From Planctomycetota bacterium (lineage in GTDB: Bacteria; Planctomycetota; Planctomycetia; Pirellulales; Pirellulaceae), in NCBI GenBank assembly GCA_014584305.1, contig JACTND010000235.1:1-61946 (forward strand): DNA of 61,946 bases, given 5' to 3'. The translations under genes were made by a program, and so were the position numbers. Of the stretch, positions 20,701 to 28,172 are shown in pieces. Position 1 is the first letter of the stretch, and every line of letters begins with the position of its first letter. Below the pieces are notes generated by a model, which was given only the letters and a program-made list of their open reading frames with translations, did not search any database and was not told where the DNA came from.

Positions 20701-21183
20701 TGGCCATCGCACGTTCACCTGCCTCGCCAGGCGACAGTTGAGATCCCAATAGAGATTGCAGCGGTCCGCATCGAACGTGGGCGTGTGGTGCTCGACATCT
20801 TGCTACTCCTGGAGGCGTGGGACAAGCCAGTCTCCATTTCCGCACTGGAACCTGCGTTAGTGTTGATGCGAAATGAAGCAGCACGGCGAAGCCTGTTGAG
20901 CAGTGGAACAGCAGTCGTTTTGAACGTAGATTTGTTGGAAGAGCCGCAGTTTGTGAGAGGATTAGACCTGATCTATCAGGGCTTAGAGGCCAATGGAGCC
21001 ATACGCCGAGTCGGGCAATCCGCGTTCGAACTGGCAGCTGGCAATTTTGTTACGGACGCACCCCATACGGACCGTGAGCGAGTAGCGGAGACGTTGCAAG
21101 CGATCAACAGCCTTCGCGATATCCGGACATTACCGCAGGTCGTGGCATCACTGACTAATGAGCGATACGAAGTCACTGTTTAA
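17626..21183 (+). CDS. Eco57I-family gamma-class N6-adenine DNA methyltransferase with large C-terminal region; apparently N-terminally truncated
   Basis: 1185 aa. RKTSGSYYTPDSLVQCLLD at residues 9-27, SAM motif VCDPASGSGHFL, catalytic VVLGNPPWE. Family-typical C-terminal stretch LELTFTAWDLEPF...FRWDEDRRFRLRAELDAAFFHLY...ETFPIVKRKD...ILEIYDAM. TTG start; an in-frame TGA at 17611-17613 rules out any longer N-terminus. Confidence 0.75.
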   Translation: MPAPPWPHRKTSGSYYTPDSLVQCLLDSALEPVVAERIAEARELAQLKHKNDIDKLETMKAFARALDNNTELAKGTWKQVESGNSERIANSVPFEKSVERIPTLQRQQLLAESSILNLKVCDPASGSGHFLIAAAHRLTRHLARIRTGEAEPTPDEYQSALRDIIGRCIYGVDINPMAVELCKVSLWMEAIDPGKPLSFLDHHIQCGNSLLGSTPRLLAQGIPNEAFAAIEGDDKKVVKSLKADNKRERDDRASGQLSFFETFFPLGNLPSVFANLNIANDDTVDDVLATEKRYSEAVSGAEYANARLLADTWCAAFVWKKDDSELGKLCPTERNFRKVESHAATGLLPHVRAEVERLRDQYQFFHWHLAFPDVFRLPGKDEQPENEPTGWSGGFDVVLGNPPWEHVELKEKEWFAERCPEIANARTGAERKRMIERLAQRDPALYFQFVDAKRGREGRSLFLGNSDRFPLCGRGRINLYAVFAENMRTLISRTGSAGSVLPTGIATDDTTKHFFQSLVQRMSLVRLSSFENEEFLFPGVDHTTKFCLLTVTGDARPCLSSDFFFFARQATELSEEHRHFTLSPSEFAMLNPNSGTCPIFRTDTDAGLTKAIYRRVPILIKEGGNTINPWRVGFRQGLFNMTTDSGLFRSAEELNGNGLKVKGNVFADEERTYLPLFEAKMFHHFDHRYSTYEGATQANLNVGILPATTVEQKQNSKCVIQPLHWVPASEVKNVLNTRWNCDWIISFRLITKATNERTFLPTIMPLAGFGNSVAVVVLESDTVHDGHCLLADLSSFVFDYVVRQKLGGNNMTFGTTQQLPVLPPNTYLQPLTWAGADSRGAAGSSLSAWLLPRVLELTFTAWDLEPFARDCGYAGPPFRWDEDRRFRLRAELDAAFFHLYLPADKDGDWIPARQSDGCPHDESPEDLARLKASFLTPRHAVEYIMETFPIVKRKDIERTLIKDAQGNIIQAGRYITKDTILEIYDAMQTAIRTDQPYQTRLNPPPGPPTDTEGNFIPMAQWDQNNWPSHVHLPRQATVEIPIEIAAVRIERGRVVLDILLLLEAWDKPVSISALEPALVLMRNEAARRSLLSSGTAVVLNVDLLEEPQFVRGLDLIYQGLEANGAIRRVGQSAFELAAGNFVTDAPHTDRERVAETLQAINSLRDIRTLPQVVASLTNERYEVTV

Positions 21184-23116
21184 CGATGAACCGGACGAGG
21201 ATTTCCTTCCGGCCAACGATCGACCGAATCCACTCGTCTGGATTCGGAGGCTTGTACTCGTTGAACAGCTCAATCCTGATGTCAAACCGTTAAGGGAGGT
21301 TGAATTTCGTCGTGGCTTGAACATCGTAGCCACGGCTCGCCCCGACGATGTGACTGACGGCCCGGTCGGCCACAACGTTGGCAAGACATTGTTGACGAGA
21401 CTGCTTCGATACTGTCTCGGGGAACAATATTTTGCTCGCGAAACCGTGCGAGCTGCTATTGGCAGGGCATTGAGCGCGGCACACGTAATTTGTGAGATTT
21501 GCGTCGATGGCACTTGGTGGGTAGTCTCACGACCGATAGGAGTTGACCGTGCCACAACGGCAAGGTGTCTGGCATCGGATTCCTGGCGTTCCATTCTTAC
21601 GGAAAACGCCAACACAGAACGATTCAGTAGATTTAGCGAGGTCCTGGATCAGGTCACAATTGCAAGGTACTCTGAAACCACTCTTCCGCACGCCAATCGT
21701 CCGGTACGGTGGATCGAATTACTTGCTTGGCTTAGTCGCGATCAATACTGCCGGTACCGTCATCCGTTGGAGTGGCGGGCCACATGGACCGAATCCGGAA
21801 CCGCCGACTTGCACAATGAGGATGCGAGCGTTTTGATTCGCCTCGTGATGGATATGCTGGATGACGAGGAAGGCAAGCTAATTCAGCTTCACAAGCAATT
21901 ATTGGACAGCAAAAAAGCAACGATGAGTGAAGTTGAGCGCATTGAACGCCGCCTCGCCCAGGCGCGTGGGTTCCTTCAGGAGCGCCTGAATATGGAGTCT
22001 GAGGCGTTGAGCGACGATCTTTTTGGGGGCATCGCCCGCGAAAAGGCGAAGCAATTGGTAAAAGACCTTCAACAGAAACTCGTCGAACTGGACGACGACC
22101 GCGACTGGCAGGCTTTGCTCGACGAAGTCGACCAGGCAAAACACGCTGTCGCTAGAAAGGAACAAGAAATTGCGACTCGTCAAGCTGACCGACAAACTGC
22201 GGAGGGCGAGAAGAAGCAGCAAGAGTCCGCATCGAGTGACGATTTGGCTCAATCACTCTCAGTCCTCGCTAACCCGTGTCCATCTGCCGCCGAGGACTGC
22301 ATATTCAAAAGGTCGACGGGTAAACCGGGAGAAGTTGACCCCCTGCGGCAGATGAGAATTGAGGAACTGACGCGCCACCTTCAAAGACTCGATCAAGCGA
22401 TAGCTGGGCTACAGAGTGAATTGGAGGCGCTGAAAGAGTGCCGCGACGAAGCCCTCGAAAAGCTTCGAAACTTAAGCAACCTTCGCCGCGATACTGAGCG
22501 ACGGTTCCGGCGTGACCTATCGGTCGCCGAAGCCCAAGTTCAAGAGGCCGAAATGTATGTCGCGTCGCTGACCGATATTCAAAAGGCCACAGGCAGTTTG
22601 GCTCGTATTGAACGCAAGATTGAGGAAAGCCGAAACACACAGAGTTCGGCGCGGGAACTGATTGCCAGTCGCACCAAGTTCCTCAATCGCCATTTCAGTC
22701 GTGCGCTTCATTCGTTGATTGCACAAAGTGTCGATGGCGAGATCAAGCTGGATATGCGGGGGTTGCACTTGTCGTTCGGGGACGAATCATCTCTTGGTGA
22801 AGCACTTGCCACATCCGAACGAGTTCTCAGCCTTGATATTGCGTGTCTGAGCGCTGCTATATGTGGCCTTGGTTTCCTCCCACGATTCACGATTCATGAC
22901 AGCCCACGTGAAGCAGACCTTGAGCCGCATATTTACGCAAGGCTGTTCAGATATTTGAAGTCGCTCGAAGATGCATTCGGCGACTGTGAACCATCGTTCC
23001 AGTACATTGTTACAACCACAACTCCGCCACCGGCCGAACTAAATCGACGTCCATTTCTGCGGCTCGAATTGGATGGGCGGTCGATCGATGGCCTACTACT
23101 TCGAAAACGTTTCTGA
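21158..23116 (+). CDS. SMC-like ABC ATPase of the Lamassu LmuB / DUF2326 (ABC-3C) type
   Basis: 652 aa. N-terminal head with P-loop-like GPVGHNVGKT followed by LLTRLLRYCLGE (the xxYCLG signature I associate with LmuB/DUF2326 ATPases). About 250 aa of coiled coil (KQLLDSKKATMSEVERIERRLAQARGFLQERL ... EALEKLRNLSNLRRDTERRF). C-terminal Walker B-like FLPRFTIHDSPREADLEP. The start overlaps the methyltransferase stop by 26 nt. Confidence 0.6.
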   Translation: MSDTKSLFNDEPDEDFLPANDRPNPLVWIRRLVLVEQLNPDVKPLREVEFRRGLNIVATARPDDVTDGPVGHNVGKTLLTRLLRYCLGEQYFARETVRAAIGRALSAAHVICEICVDGTWWVVSRPIGVDRATTARCLASDSWRSILTENANTERFSRFSEVLDQVTIARYSETTLPHANRPVRWIELLAWLSRDQYCRYRHPLEWRATWTESGTADLHNEDASVLIRLVMDMLDDEEGKLIQLHKQLLDSKKATMSEVERIERRLAQARGFLQERLNMESEALSDDLFGGIAREKAKQLVKDLQQKLVELDDDRDWQALLDEVDQAKHAVARKEQEIATRQADRQTAEGEKKQQESASSDDLAQSLSVLANPCPSAAEDCIFKRSTGKPGEVDPLRQMRIEELTRHLQRLDQAIAGLQSELEALKECRDEALEKLRNLSNLRRDTERRFRRDLSVAEAQVQEAEMYVASLTDIQKATGSLARIERKIEESRNTQSSARELIASRTKFLNRHFSRALHSLIAQSVDGEIKLDMRGLHLSFGDESSLGEALATSERVLSLDIACLSAAICGLGFLPRFTIHDSPREADLEPHIYARLFRYLKSLEDAFGDCEPSFQYIVTTTTPPPAELNRRPFLRLELDGRSIDGLLLRKRF

Positions 23117-23130
23117 GCCATAGAAAGCGA

Positions 23131-23667
23131 TTGCCCATGATCCTTAAGCAATTCGAATTGCGGCAACTGGCACCAGAATACCGAATCATTCGTGAGCATT
23201 ATTCGGTCAAGGCAGCGGCTGCGGCAGGTCGCACGACTGCGTTTTTGAGCCATAGCCACAAAGACAAGACCCTTGCCGAGGGCGTGCAAGTCTATCTCAA
23301 AAGGCAAGGGTGGGATGTTTATATCGATTGGCTGGATGAGGAAATGCCTGAGGCGATCAGTGCCGCGACAGCGACGAACTTACAAGCAAAGATAATGAAT
23401 ACAGAGTTTTTCTTGTTCCTCGCCACGCAGAACTCATGCAAAGTGTCACGTTGGTGCCCGTGGGAAATCGGATACGCAGATGGCAAGAAGGAAAGATCCA
23501 AGATCTTGATTATTCCAACGCAAGATGATAACGGGTACCAGTACGGCAGCGAATACCTCGGCCTCTATCGGCGCATCGAGAAGGCTACACCCGAAGGTGG
23601 CGGTGAATTTGCGGCTGCGGCGATTCCGCCATCAGGTAAAGGCGTCTGGATTAGGGCGCTGGGATAA
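23131..23667 (+). CDS. thsB: TIR-domain protein (Thoeris ThsB-type)
   Basis: 178 aa. TTAFLSHSHKDKTLAEGVQVYLKRQGWDVYIDWLD..., WCPWEIGYADG (conserved Glu). The ORF-track start is TTG at 23131; the ATG at 23137 is more likely. Confidence 0.75.
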   Translation: MPMILKQFELRQLAPEYRIIREHYSVKAAAAAGRTTAFLSHSHKDKTLAEGVQVYLKRQGWDVYIDWLDEEMPEAISAATATNLQAKIMNTEFFLFLATQNSCKVSRWCPWEIGYADGKKERSKILIIPTQDDNGYQYGSEYLGLYRRIEKATPEGGGEFAAAAIPPSGKGVWIRALG

Positions 23668-23692
23668 TGTAACGTTTCTATAAAGATGAACC

Positions 23693-25141
23693 ATGACCCC
23701 ACCGCCAAACGATGAAGACGTACTCGTCCGCGAGTTCACGAAGGAGCTGCACAATCACAACGCTGCCGTTTTCGTAGGCGCAGGATTGTCGGTTGGTGCA
23801 GGATATGTTGACTGGCTCGGGTTGCTGCGCGACCTAATTGTCGACTTGGGCTTGGATCCAAATGCAGAAACCGATTTGGTTACGTTGGCTCAGTACCATT
23901 GCAATAAAGTCGGAGGCAGGGGAAGGCTCACGCAAGTTGTATTCGACAAGTTCAGGGAAACAAATGAGCCAACGATCAACCACCGACTACTATCCCGACT
24001 ACCAATTCATACGTATTGGACCACCAATTACGACAAGCTTCTAGAAACCGCGTTGACCCAAGAGAAAAGGATCGCGGATGTGAAGTACACGGCGAATCAT
24101 CTCGCGATAACGCGCCTCGATCGCGATGTTTACGTTTACAAGATGCATGGGGACATAGATCATCCGGCCGACGCCGTTTTGACAAGGGACGACTATGAGC
24201 AGTACTCGTTCAAGATGGCTCCATTTTTGTCAGCATTAAAAGGAAACCTAATTGAAAAGACGTTTCTGTTCCTCGGATTCAGTTTTACGGACCCGAATAT
24301 CGACTACATATTAAGTCGGGTTCGGATTCAATACGGGCAGAATCAACGAGTGCATTACGCAATTCAGAAGCGCGTTACGCAGAACGCGGGCGAGAGCGGC
24401 GAAGTATTTCAGCGGCGGCAGCTCAAGCAGGATTATTTCATCGAGGACTTGAAACGCTTTGGAATACAGACGGTCCTTGTTGATGATTACACCGACATCA
24501 CGAGAGTCTTGCGTCGCATCGAAAATCGCTTCCGCCGTGCTTCAATTTTTGTTTCGGGCTCGGCCCACGAGTACGGCGGGTTCGCAGATCCGAAAGAATT
24601 CTTGCACAATCTGGCGTATAGAATTGCGGAGGAAAAAAACCGCGTAATCACTGGCTTTGGCTTGGGTGTCGGTGACGCCGTTATCAATGGTGCGGTCAGC
24701 TGGCTTGATCAAGCTGGCAAAACCATTTCAGACGAGGACGTGATGCTTCGTCCGTTCCCGCAGTTTGCAACTGGTGGCACTAGTTTGCCAGATCGATGGG
24801 AAGCATATCGGAAACTGATGATTCAACACGCGGGAATTGCCGTGTTCGTGTTTGGTAACAAGATCGATCATTCAAGCGGAGTAATCGTAAGTGCAAATGG
24901 CATGCGGCGCGAGTTTGAGCTGTGTCTTGAAAGGGAGGTAAAGGTTTTGCCAATCGGGGCTACCGGCTATTTAGCGGAAGAGCTCTGGAATGACGTTAAC
25001 GCACGGTTCGACACATGTTTTCCGGGAGCCAGTGGCGCCTTTCGGAATAATTTTGGGTTGATAGGGAATCGGTCGACGCCAGCTGATCAATTGATTCGCG
25101 CGGTAGTCGAAATGATCCGGGAGTTACAAAGGGGGGAATGA
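23693..25141 (+). CDS. thsA: Thoeris ThsA: N-terminal SIR2 (NADase) plus C-terminal SLOG-like ligand-binding domain
   Basis: 482 aa. SIR2_2-type motifs AAVFVGAGLSVGAGYVDWLGLL, WTTNYDKLLE, YKMHGDIDHP, FLFLGFSFTDPNIDYIL. C-terminal Rossmann-like SLOG signature IFVSGSAHEYGG...VITGFGLGVGDAVINGA...AGIAVFVFGNK. Confidence 0.8.
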   Translation: MTPPPNDEDVLVREFTKELHNHNAAVFVGAGLSVGAGYVDWLGLLRDLIVDLGLDPNAETDLVTLAQYHCNKVGGRGRLTQVVFDKFRETNEPTINHRLLSRLPIHTYWTTNYDKLLETALTQEKRIADVKYTANHLAITRLDRDVYVYKMHGDIDHPADAVLTRDDYEQYSFKMAPFLSALKGNLIEKTFLFLGFSFTDPNIDYILSRVRIQYGQNQRVHYAIQKRVTQNAGESGEVFQRRQLKQDYFIEDLKRFGIQTVLVDDYTDITRVLRRIENRFRRASIFVSGSAHEYGGFADPKEFLHNLAYRIAEEKNRVITGFGLGVGDAVINGAVSWLDQAGKTISDEDVMLRPFPQFATGGTSLPDRWEAYRKLMIQHAGIAVFVFGNKIDHSSGVIVSANGMRREFELCLEREVKVLPIGATGYLAEELWNDVNARFDTCFPGASGAFRNNFGLIGNRSTPADQLIRAVVEMIRELQRGE

Positions 25142-25716
25142 TGGCAAAACGTGTTTACTTTGCATTCCATTATAAGGACGTCGCGGAATTTCGTGCTAAC
25201 GTAATTCGCCAACACGGGGCCTTGCAATCATCGGATAAGTCTGGTTTCTTCGATTGGTCGATCTGGGAGGAGGCAAAGAAGCAGAGCACAATGGCTCTCA
25301 AGAGAATGATCAATCAAGAGTTGGAGGGCACATCGGTGACCGCCGTGTTAATCGGATCGGAGACTTGGTTTAGGCCATGGGTGCGTTACGAGATCTTCAA
25401 GAGTCTCGAGCGCGGCAATAAGCTGTTGGGAATCCACATTAACGGAATAAAGGGAAGAGACGGCCTGACCAAGGTGATTGGGCCTAATCCTTTCGATTTT
25501 TTGGCGGTCAAGCCTTCTCGAAATGGGAACGCTGAATGCTTGCAATGTGACGGTAAGACTTGGGCTGGGTTCAGTGAGGTCGAACCCTTTAGCTTCAATC
25601 ATTTTGACCTCCGGCAACATCCAAATGGGATCAAGTTGTCTGCGTTTAATGGCATTAGCGTATACGATTGGGTTCGCGACGACGGTTTCAATCGGTTTCG
25701 GTATTGGATTCAGTGA
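25138..25716 (+). CDS. thsB: DUF1863-type TIR-like protein (second ThsB)
   Basis: 192 aa. VYFAFHYKDVAEFRANVIRQHG..., SVTAVLIGSETWFRPWVRYEIFKSLERGNKLLGIHINGIK. Its ATG overlaps the thsA stop (ATGA). Confidence 0.7.
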   Translation: MMAKRVYFAFHYKDVAEFRANVIRQHGALQSSDKSGFFDWSIWEEAKKQSTMALKRMINQELEGTSVTAVLIGSETWFRPWVRYEIFKSLERGNKLLGIHINGIKGRDGLTKVIGPNPFDFLAVKPSRNGNAECLQCDGKTWAGFSEVEPFSFNHFDLRQHPNGIKLSAFNGISVYDWVRDDGFNRFRYWIQ

Positions 25717-26256
25717 ATGACTGGACCTGAGAAGAATCGAACGAAACCATTGGGCACAAGGGCTTGTGGTTTGTGCGTCAATTGCTTGCTACAGGTCCAG
25801 CAGGGCAAATTTCAACCACGCTTTTGGTTTCGGTGCAAAAGCGGCTCACGATGCCCCGACGAATGCCTGTAAAAACACCATTCCCTGTCGGCCGAACAGG
25901 CCACGAAACCCTAAGTTGACTCAAGGCGCCGAGGCCGCATCCGGCAGGCAAAATAACCTCTGTCCGATTCTCCCAGTCCATACCTGTTTTATGGCCCAGC
26001 AGCGGACAAGCGTGACTTAACTCAAAAAGGCCAAAGTTCGCTGCCTTGGGTCAATCCGGGGCCGGTCGCTCGGCATTTCGGGTGCAGAAGCAAACTCGCC
26101 GCAATTGCAGAATGGTTAACGGCTTACGCGTCTTGGTAAACGCTTAAGAAACCAGTCACAGATTGGTCTATCCCAAGTGCGACCGACCCGTTCATCCGGG
26201 TTGATGTGCATTGCAGGTCGCCGCTCTAAGCCGAAACACGTGTCGGCCCCGCACTC

Positions 26257-28170
26257 GTGATGGGTTGCAATGCACTTTGTAAGTTGAACGCAATGTCGAA
26301 GACGACCGCATTGTCCCATACGCCATCTACCACCTTGATCCACATGGCAAGGCTAAGACGCGGCCATCGACGGCTTTTGACTGTGGGCATTGTTCTCGTC
26401 GCCGCATTCGCAATAACGATGACCTGGCGTGCCAATCCAACCAACTATCGTGAGTCGCTGACCGCGATGGTCACGCGGGACCCGAAGGGCACATCGCCGC
26501 TCGTCCATGCAATCGATGGTTACCGCACATGGCTGGCGGACCGAAGCGGTTCAACTCAAGTTCTTATCTTCGAGTCACTTCTGTCGCTCTCCATCAATGG
26601 CGGGTTGCTAATCCATGACTTTCGAAGCGGCGAATCCGAAACACAAATCCCGATTGCAGGCTGGAACCTTGGAACAATCGGCGTCATCGCACGGTGCGCG
26701 TTCGTGATTCTAGCAGGGTTCAAATTGTGGATTACAGCTGCGTTGCTGACAGTGCTTTTGAAGTGGCTGTTACTTCGACCGTACTCCGGAAATGACATTC
26801 TGGGACAAACCGGAAATGGAAGGCCTTTTTTCTCGGGCATGCAAGTTCCGATCGAGCTCACAGAAGTGGCAGGATCTCCCAGTCTGCACGTCCGAGGTTT
26901 GGCCTGCCTTCCGAAAGGCTCAACCAAGTCAGCCTCGTCCAGAAATCTCTTGCGATGCCTTGATCAGTTTGAGGCGTCAAACGCGACCAACCGGGAGCTG
27001 GTCGCTGTTTTGGCAGGCGCGCCAACGATTCCCAAACAACCGGTCGAGCTCGCTGATTATGCGGAGGTACTTTTGGCCTCGTCTTTGTTGGCTCACCGGG
27101 ATATGTCTGCCCCAGAAAGTGGCGAATTCAAGGCCGACCAATCCAACTTCGTACCAGACAAGCTAAACACTGAAATCGCAAGCGTCTTTCGCCGAGTCAT
27201 TACTCCTGATCTGCGACCGCACTTGGCTGGTGTTGCTCCTGGCGAAATCGCAACCTTGGTTCTCTCTGTTCAGGCCGGGAAAATCCTGGCGTCAACGCAA
27301 ACAGAGAATGGCTGGATTCAAAACAGTTCGTATCCAAATCTTTCGGCACGAGCTGTCTTGCATTCGCTGGAAAACTACCCAACGGACTACAGCGCGAACC
27401 AACGACAACGACTACGGCAAGCACTCGTGTTTGCCATTCGCCAAACGGACTTCGGCCAAGTCTGTCTGCCCGCGGGGTTTTCGCCAGACTTTCAAGCTTT
27501 GAGGTCTTGGAGCGAGCTGTGCTTGGCGTCGCCAAATGAGCTTGACCAGAAGGCCAATGCCGTTGAGAGCACGAATTGGCAGAACCTGATTCACCAGAGG
27601 TTTCAAGAGTCGCTTGGTGGGTTGATGGATAGCCCACAAGGATCGGACGCATTGGCGGCCTGCTGTTGCGGCAACGTCGTGCTGATTCCGCAATCGAGGA
27701 TCGTCAATGTCTTTTCGGCTTCGATTAACCCGACTGACTTGCGGCGCATGGTCGAACTCGCGCAGGTTATAGATCCCGACATCAAAGACGTACCGGGCAC
27801 CGCGCCCGATTCGCCTCATGCCACTTGGCGCGTGATTCATCGGGCATTGTCCCAACATGGCTGGCTTTGCCAGAAAGTGGGGACTTCATCGGTGCCAACA
27901 GGTGGAGTGGTCACGGTCGTTGTGGAGCCGGAGGCAAATGGACTCGAGGGAACTCCCGGAAAACTCATCGTGCTTAAGGACGTGGTGCCGATTCGAGCGT
28001 CTTTGGTTACTCGTTCCCTCGGCGACGAATGGCGACGGCGTGTCGCGTGCGTGCGGGGGCTTAGCGTCATCACGTCCGAAAGTGAATTGCAAGAAGTTTT
28101 GAGCGGGAATCGACCGCTCGATGTTCGTTGGCTTGATGTTCAATCGCGTGAAGTGTCAATGGCGGGGTAA
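26257..28170 (+). CDS. large polytopic membrane protein of unknown function
   Basis: 637-aa ORF. Likely start is the ATG at 26344 (MARLRRGHRRLLTVGIVLVAAFAITM). Further hydrophobic helices at IGVIARCAFVILAGFKLWITAALLTVLLKWLLL. The ~430-aa soluble C-terminal region has no motif I recognise. Its stop lies 2 nt before the next ATG. Confidence 0.6.
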   Translation: MMGCNALCKLNAMSKTTALSHTPSTTLIHMARLRRGHRRLLTVGIVLVAAFAITMTWRANPTNYRESLTAMVTRDPKGTSPLVHAIDGYRTWLADRSGSTQVLIFESLLSLSINGGLLIHDFRSGESETQIPIAGWNLGTIGVIARCAFVILAGFKLWITAALLTVLLKWLLLRPYSGNDILGQTGNGRPFFSGMQVPIELTEVAGSPSLHVRGLACLPKGSTKSASSRNLLRCLDQFEASNATNRELVAVLAGAPTIPKQPVELADYAEVLLASSLLAHRDMSAPESGEFKADQSNFVPDKLNTEIASVFRRVITPDLRPHLAGVAPGEIATLVLSVQAGKILASTQTENGWIQNSSYPNLSARAVLHSLENYPTDYSANQRQRLRQALVFAIRQTDFGQVCLPAGFSPDFQALRSWSELCLASPNELDQKANAVESTNWQNLIHQRFQESLGGLMDSPQGSDALAACCCGNVVLIPQSRIVNVFSASINPTDLRRMVELAQVIDPDIKDVPGTAPDSPHATWRVIHRALSQHGWLCQKVGTSSVPTGGVVTVVVEPEANGLEGTPGKLIVLKDVVPIRASLVTRSLGDEWRRRVACVRGLSVITSESELQEVLSGNRPLDVRWLDVQSREVSMAG

Positions 28171-28172
28171 GG

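Noticed and set aside
25717-26256. Small ORFs (67-84 aa) in the 540-bp spacer after the Thoeris operon
   Set aside because: They have no ribosome-binding site or motif, overlap each other on opposite strands, and have implausible composition. The spacer is more likely promoter or regulatory space for the 26344 gene.
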